DNA from: a virus | Taxonomy: Duplodnaviria > Caudoviricetes | Direction: 5' to 3' (one strand) | Virus record (IMG/VR): IMGVR_UViG_3300036783_000214 | Coordinates: 1 to 27,624 of that record | DNA: 27,624 bases | In this document: piece by piece, positions 23,621 to 27,624 of the stretch | Numbering within the stretch: position 1 is the stretch's first letter | How the letters are laid out: every line of letters begins with the position of its first letter | Notes under the pieces: model-generated | What the model saw: only the letters and a program-made list of their open reading frames with translations | What the model was told of the DNA's origin: nothing | The model's database searches: none | Position numbers and translations under genes: made by a program

Positions 23621-24007
23621 ATGTGCACGTGCAAGGTCATCGGGCAGAGCGCCTGCCACTGTGCCGCGTGCCACGAGACATTCGGGTCGGTGTCCGCTTT
23701 TGACTGGCACCAAAAAATGTTCCCGCCGTACGGGCCGGTGTGCCTGGACCCGGAAAGCATCCACCGCCGCGACGGTTCGCAGGTCCTGTTCCGCGACGCG
23801 CGCGGGTACTGGCGTGAGCACCGCCCCGACCTGCCGCCCATCGCCGTCGTGATGAAGGGACGCCCGAAATTACGGGGCTGCGGGGCAGGCCGACAGGTTC
23901 TGCGCCGCGCCCGCCGAGTAAGGCAGCATGAAGTTCCACACCAGCGTCCCGACCCCCCGCCCCGTCGGGTCCAGGTACGCGAACGACCACGACCAGCCGC
24001 CCGGTGA
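23621..24007 (+). CDS. Phage FDXHR-like zinc-binding protein (3' end uncertain)
   Basis: CHCAACHETFGSVSAFDWHQ...CLDP; antisense within the tail operon. Confidence 0.7.
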   Translation: MCTCKVIGQSACHCAACHETFGSVSAFDWHQKMFPPYGPVCLDPESIHRRDGSQVLFRDARGYWREHRPDLPPIAVVMKGRPKLRGCGAGRQVLRRARRVRQHEVPHQRPDPPPRRVQVRERPRPAAR

Positions 24008-24211
24008 CAGGCCCGCGTTGTCGGTCGCGAGCAGCGGCACCGTCGCCCGGGGCGTCCCGGTAGACGGGATGGGCACCAGGGTCTGCGACGCGACGATGAT
24101 CCCCCCGCCGGTCACCGTCGCGGACGGTGACAGGATCACCTGCCCGCCCTTGACCGGGTTCCCCGACCCGTCCGACATGTCCAGGGTCAGCGTCACGTAA
24201 TTCAGCGCCAC
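23870..24211 (-). CDS. Small virion-associated beta-rich protein
   Basis: GGAGGT RBS; DGSGNPVKG...LLATDNAGLSPGGWSW resembles N-terminal domains of actinophage minor tail proteins. Confidence 0.65.
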   Translation of the reverse strand: MALNYVTLTLDMSDGSGNPVKGGQVILSPSATVTGGGIIVASQTLVPIPSTGTPRATVPLLATDNAGLSPGGWSWSFAYLDPTGRGVGTLVWNFMLPYSAGAAQNLSACPAAP

Positions 24212-24232
24212 GACGTCACCTCCAGGGGGCTC

Positions 24233-25294
24233 TCAGGTGCTCTCCAGCAGGCTGAGGAGCCTCTTGGCGTGATTAGTGAAAGTCCGATCCTGGATGCTCT
24301 CCCGGGCTTTCTGGGCTGCGTACTCGCGATGGTCAGGATGCCCCAGCCACCAGCGCAGCTTCTCGGACGCCTCGTCCGGGCTGCGGAACGTGGGGAGCAT
24401 CGCCAGCACCTCGTCACCCTCACCGCGGGGGTCCCGCAAGAAAAACAGGCCGCATGCCGCCATCTCCACCTCACGGGGGCCCATCGCCCACCCGCCGGTG
24501 ACCTCCATGCCGTTTTCCCACTCACGCCGGTAGAAATTAATGCCCGCCTTCGCGTGCCTGTAAATCAGAGCGGTCTCCGTGTTGTCCACGCAGAGGTCGG
24601 TGTCGTGCCCGATGTACTTCCACAACGCGGAGTCAGCCTCGACGTCGGGCCAGAAACCGCCGAGCAGCACGTCCAGGCCATCCAGGTCCATCGCCTCGAA
24701 AAACTTGATCCGCGACTCGAACCCCGTGCCGACGAACGCGAGGTCGGCGGCCAGCGCCGGGTCCAGCTCGACCCCTTTCGGCCTCGGGAAGTGAACCGAC
24801 GGGCGGTAGGCGTGGGGGAAATACTCGGCGTGCCCGTCGAGCTGCGCGAACCGGTCCAGCGAGATTGCGTCGTTGAGCACGTTGATGTCCGCGAACTGGG
24901 CCCGCTCCAGCTGGCTGTCATCCTGGTAGGGACACTCGGTGTGGAGGATGACGATCTTGTGGCGGCGCTGCCGGATGATGTGCAGCAGCCCGGGGCTCAT
25001 CCAGAACCCCGACACGAACAGGACGACGTCTGGCCAGAACGTGTAGAGGGCGTGACTGAGCCCCTGCAGCGCGGCGTAGATGGCCTGGTCGTCGGTCATG
25101 GCCCGGCGCATCTCCGGGCGGCCTTCGGCGTCTTCTTCACCGGTCGCGATCATCGCATGACCGTAGAAGCAGAGGCGATCGTCCAGGTTGTACGACTGAA
25201 CGTCCGCGCCGAGCCGCTCGAGGGCCTCCGACCAGCCCGCCCACACATCCGCGACCGAGAAGTTAGGACCGGGATGCACCATGAGAATCCGCAC
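24233..25294 (-). CDS. Glycosyltransferase, CgeB/YkvP-like (GT-B)
   Basis: RILMVHPG, PHAYRPSVH, DLAFVGT...R, IYRHAKAGIN, MGPREVEMAACG.F.L, TFTNHAKRLL. Confidence 0.88.
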   Translation of the reverse strand: MRILMVHPGPNFSVADVWAGWSEALERLGADVQSYNLDDRLCFYGHAMIATGEEDAEGRPEMRRAMTDDQAIYAALQGLSHALYTFWPDVVLFVSGFWMSPGLLHIIRQRRHKIVILHTECPYQDDSQLERAQFADINVLNDAISLDRFAQLDGHAEYFPHAYRPSVHFPRPKGVELDPALAADLAFVGTGFESRIKFFEAMDLDGLDVLLGGFWPDVEADSALWKYIGHDTDLCVDNTETALIYRHAKAGINFYRREWENGMEVTGGWAMGPREVEMAACGLFFLRDPRGEGDEVLAMLPTFRSPDEASEKLRWWLGHPDHREYAAQKARESIQDRTFTNHAKRLLSLLEST

Positions 25295-25751
25295 ACCCTG
25301 ATACTAACGGGCGCTGTCTCACCCGCGCCCTGACGTCGATGTCCCCGTCTGGTATCGGCGGTGGCGGCGGTGCCGCGTATCCCGGTTTGGCGAGGAACCG
25401 GAGCAGCCGGTGGTGGTTGAGCCGCGCGGTCTCGGTGAGCGCCAGGTTCATCATCTCGGTCTGCCGCCTGGGCTGCAGCTGTGCCCACCAGTCCTCGTCG
25501 TAGCTGACCCACCAGAACCCGCATTCGCAGTGCTGTGCCAGCAGCACCGGGCTAGGCAGCCACGTCCCGGCGGGTCGCATCAGCCCACCGCAGGGTTCCA
25601 GGTGGAGGCAGCCGAACATGAGATGCCGGGAGCACAGGCAGTACGGGCACTGGTTCCGGTACTCGTACGTGTACAACCCGCTGTCCATGAAGTAAACGTC
25701 ACGACCGCACGCGTCGCAGGTGAACTGGATGTCAGGGACGGACGGCGACAC
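25263..25751 (-). CDS. RNHCP-domain-like Zn-binding protein (start uncertain)
   Basis: FTCDACGRDV...YRNQCPYCLCSRHL...CGGLMRP...QHCECG. Confidence 0.75.
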   Translation of the reverse strand: MSPSVPDIQFTCDACGRDVYFMDSGLYTYEYRNQCPYCLCSRHLMFGCLHLEPCGGLMRPAGTWLPSPVLLAQHCECGFWWVSYDEDWWAQLQPRRQTEMMNLALTETARLNHHRLLRFLAKPGYAAPPPPPIPDGDIDVRARVRQRPLVSGCADSHGASRS

Positions 25752-27318
25752 CGGCGAACACCAGCAGGTCAGCGATTGTGAACTGGCCTGCTGCGGGGGC
25801 GATCGGGGGTCCGGGCTGCCACTGCCTGCCAGTCGCGGAGTTGTCGTGCAGGAGCCCGCCGGGGTCAGCGGCGATCGCACCGGTGAACACGTCCCCGACC
25901 AGACGGCCGCCCACGGTCCCGAGTTTCGTGCCGCCCTGCATCTCCGACTCCCGCAGGACGTAATACCAGAGAGGAGTTCCGCTGGCGAACCCGGCGGTGA
26001 TGGATGAGGAGTCGACGCTGTCGGGCAGCGCATCCGCAGGGCTGATAACGGGGACGCCGAGGGCGGCGGCGACATCCTGCCCGGATGGAAGGCCGTAGAA
26101 GAACCCTCTCAGCAGGTTCCGGAACGGGAGGATGTTCGACCCGGCGTTCTCCGCGCCCTGCAATCCCCCGATCGGGAGGGTGAACAGCCCCGACGAGATG
26201 AGCGTGTCGACGAACCGGGGGAAGTTGAAGTGGGCCGTGTTCTCAGGCCGCATCAGCGCCTTATCGAAATTGCCCCAGTCAATCTGCCGTCCGGCGGGCA
26301 GCGGCCGGCCGCCGTGCAGGTCCGCAGCAGTGCCGTTGAACACCTGCAGCTTGCCCGTGGTGGTGGTGACCTCGTACGCCTTCCGCACGATGCTGTGCCC
26401 GAACCGGTACGCCGCGACCGAGACTTCCATCGGGACGAGGATCCGGTTCGGATTTCCGGGCTTGTAGAACGAGGGGAGCGTGCTGTTGATGAACCCGTCG
26501 GTAACATCCTGGCCGATGATCTCCGGGAGGAACTCGTGCAGGACCACCCATTGGTAATAGCGGCGGACGACGGCCGCCACTTCGTCCCACTTCGCACCGC
26601 TCATCGTCGCGGCGACAGCGTTGTGGAACCGGAGGAGCGCGACGTGAACCTGGGAGATGATCTCGTTCTCGTCGTTGCGGTGCTCCACCAGGATCGCGGA
26701 CCCGTCCGCGTTGCGGGGGAGGTCACGGACGCCGTTGCCGTTGTCCTCCTGGATGCGGAACGTGACACCGTCTTGGTTGTATAGCTGCGGTGACACCGAT
26801 GGTCCGCCGCCGTATACGGATGACAGGTCGAACCGGAACGTCTCGAAGTTGAAAACGTTGGTCCCGTCGGGACGGGTCAGCAGGTTCTGGTTGTCCCGCC
26901 CGAACGGCTCGGTCGGCTGCGGTTCCAGGTCGAGATACAGGTCATGGTCGATGAACTGGCCGAAGTAGGTGAGCACCGACCCGAGCGCGCCTGTGTTGTC
27001 CCGGTTACCGGGCCCGGCGGTGACGTTCGGGTCGAGCAGGCTCAGGGCCAGCGCGTTCAGGTCCGCTACCGACGCGGCCATGTCCGGGTCAGGACGGAAC
27101 GCGGCCAGCGTCGGGAACATCACCCCCAGCGCGCTGTTCCCCTTCGGGTCACCCGTCGCGACCAGGTCCTGCTTGCTGGGGTCACCGGGGTTGCTCTTCT
27201 TCGGCAGCGGCTGGGCCAGCGCACGCCCGCCGCCGTCCAGCAGGGTGATCCCGGCTGCTGCCAGTCCGGCAGCGGTCATGAACCCGCGGCGTGAGAGATG
27301 AAAATCGTTGTCAGGCAT
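25732..27318 (-). CDS. Tat-exported heme peroxidase (peroxidase-cyclooxygenase / animal-type superfamily)
   Basis: SRRGFM Tat signal; FGQFIDHDL, DLSSVYG, RNDEN...HVALLRFHN, YQWVVLHEFLP, AYRFGHS, RNLLRG...GLPSGQ, TPLWYYVLRE. Confidence 0.92.
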   Translation of the reverse strand: MPDNDFHLSRRGFMTAAGLAAAGITLLDGGGRALAQPLPKKSNPGDPSKQDLVATGDPKGNSALGVMFPTLAAFRPDPDMAASVADLNALALSLLDPNVTAGPGNRDNTGALGSVLTYFGQFIDHDLYLDLEPQPTEPFGRDNQNLLTRPDGTNVFNFETFRFDLSSVYGGGPSVSPQLYNQDGVTFRIQEDNGNGVRDLPRNADGSAILVEHRNDENEIISQVHVALLRFHNAVAATMSGAKWDEVAAVVRRYYQWVVLHEFLPEIIGQDVTDGFINSTLPSFYKPGNPNRILVPMEVSVAAYRFGHSIVRKAYEVTTTTGKLQVFNGTAADLHGGRPLPAGRQIDWGNFDKALMRPENTAHFNFPRFVDTLISSGLFTLPIGGLQGAENAGSNILPFRNLLRGFFYGLPSGQDVAAALGVPVISPADALPDSVDSSSITAGFASGTPLWYYVLRESEMQGGTKLGTVGGRLVGDVFTGAIAADPGGLLHDNSATGRQWQPGPPIAPAAGQFTIADLLVFAGVAVRP

Positions 27319-27330
27319 GGGGAGTGCCTC

Positions 27331-27624
27331 TCATCCGTGGGCTCCGGCCTGGACCAGGAACGACGCCCCGATATAACTTTGGCCTGCGTATTCGATGATT
27401 CCGTATTGCTGAACCCCGACCGTGACCGCGTACGAGCAGGTGCCGCCGAGAGTCGGGTCAGAGTTGACGGCACTGTTGATGCTCTTAGGCCCGTGGGAGG
27501 CGAGGAACGCGTCAAGGTTCCGCTGCCCATACTCTTCGTTGGCGGCGGACAGGAGCACGACGACCAGTAGGTTGAGGTCGACCTCGCCGTCCAGGGTCTC
27601 CCCGTACGTGATCGCCGGACGGCC
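27331..27624 (-). CDS. Tail terminator-like protein, 5'-truncated
   Basis: Frame open to the window edge; GQRNLDAFL...SINSAVNSDPTLGG...YIGASFLV; position upstream of the major tail gene. Confidence 0.65.
   Translation of the reverse strand, partial: GRPAITYGETLDGEVDLNLLVVVLLSAANEEYGQRNLDAFLASHGPKSINSAVNSDPTLGGTCSYAVTVGVQQYGIIEYAGQSYIGASFLVQAGAHG

Larger units (their letters stand above)
1..27624. mobile_element. Tailed phage/prophage genome segment (siphovirus-like, probably actinobacterial host)
   Basis: Tape measure, tail chaperone, major tail, amidase lysin, primase-helicase, HNH genes and many short ORFs with ATGA overlaps. High GC, actinobacterial-type tRNA-fMet and Rpf domain. No integrase or att site seen in the window. 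Confidence 0.95.

Overview
GC-rich fragment of a tailed (siphovirus-type) phage or prophage, most likely of Actinobacteria. The left ~10 kb holds early and replication genes: a Cas4-like nuclease, a replication initiator with internal iterons, a primase-helicase, a C5 DNA methyltransferase with a nested +1-frame ORF, a SLOG/DUF2493 protein, an HNH protein and an XRE-type regulator. It also has a leftward unit carrying an initiator-type tRNA-Met and an amidase endolysin, plus a candidate ~180-nt structured sRNA. The right ~17 kb is a minus-strand tail module: tail terminator (partial), major tail, frameshifted tail assembly chaperone, tape measure with a lytic transglycosylase domain, and a minor tail protein. 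This module carries unusual cargo: a Tat-signal heme peroxidase, an RNHCP-like Zn protein, a CgeB-like glycosyltransferase, a LysM-Rpf transglycosylase, an NlpC/P60 peptidase and an MsrQ-like membrane protein lacking two typical heme ligands. All calls come from reading motifs by eye; no database searches or folding programs were run.
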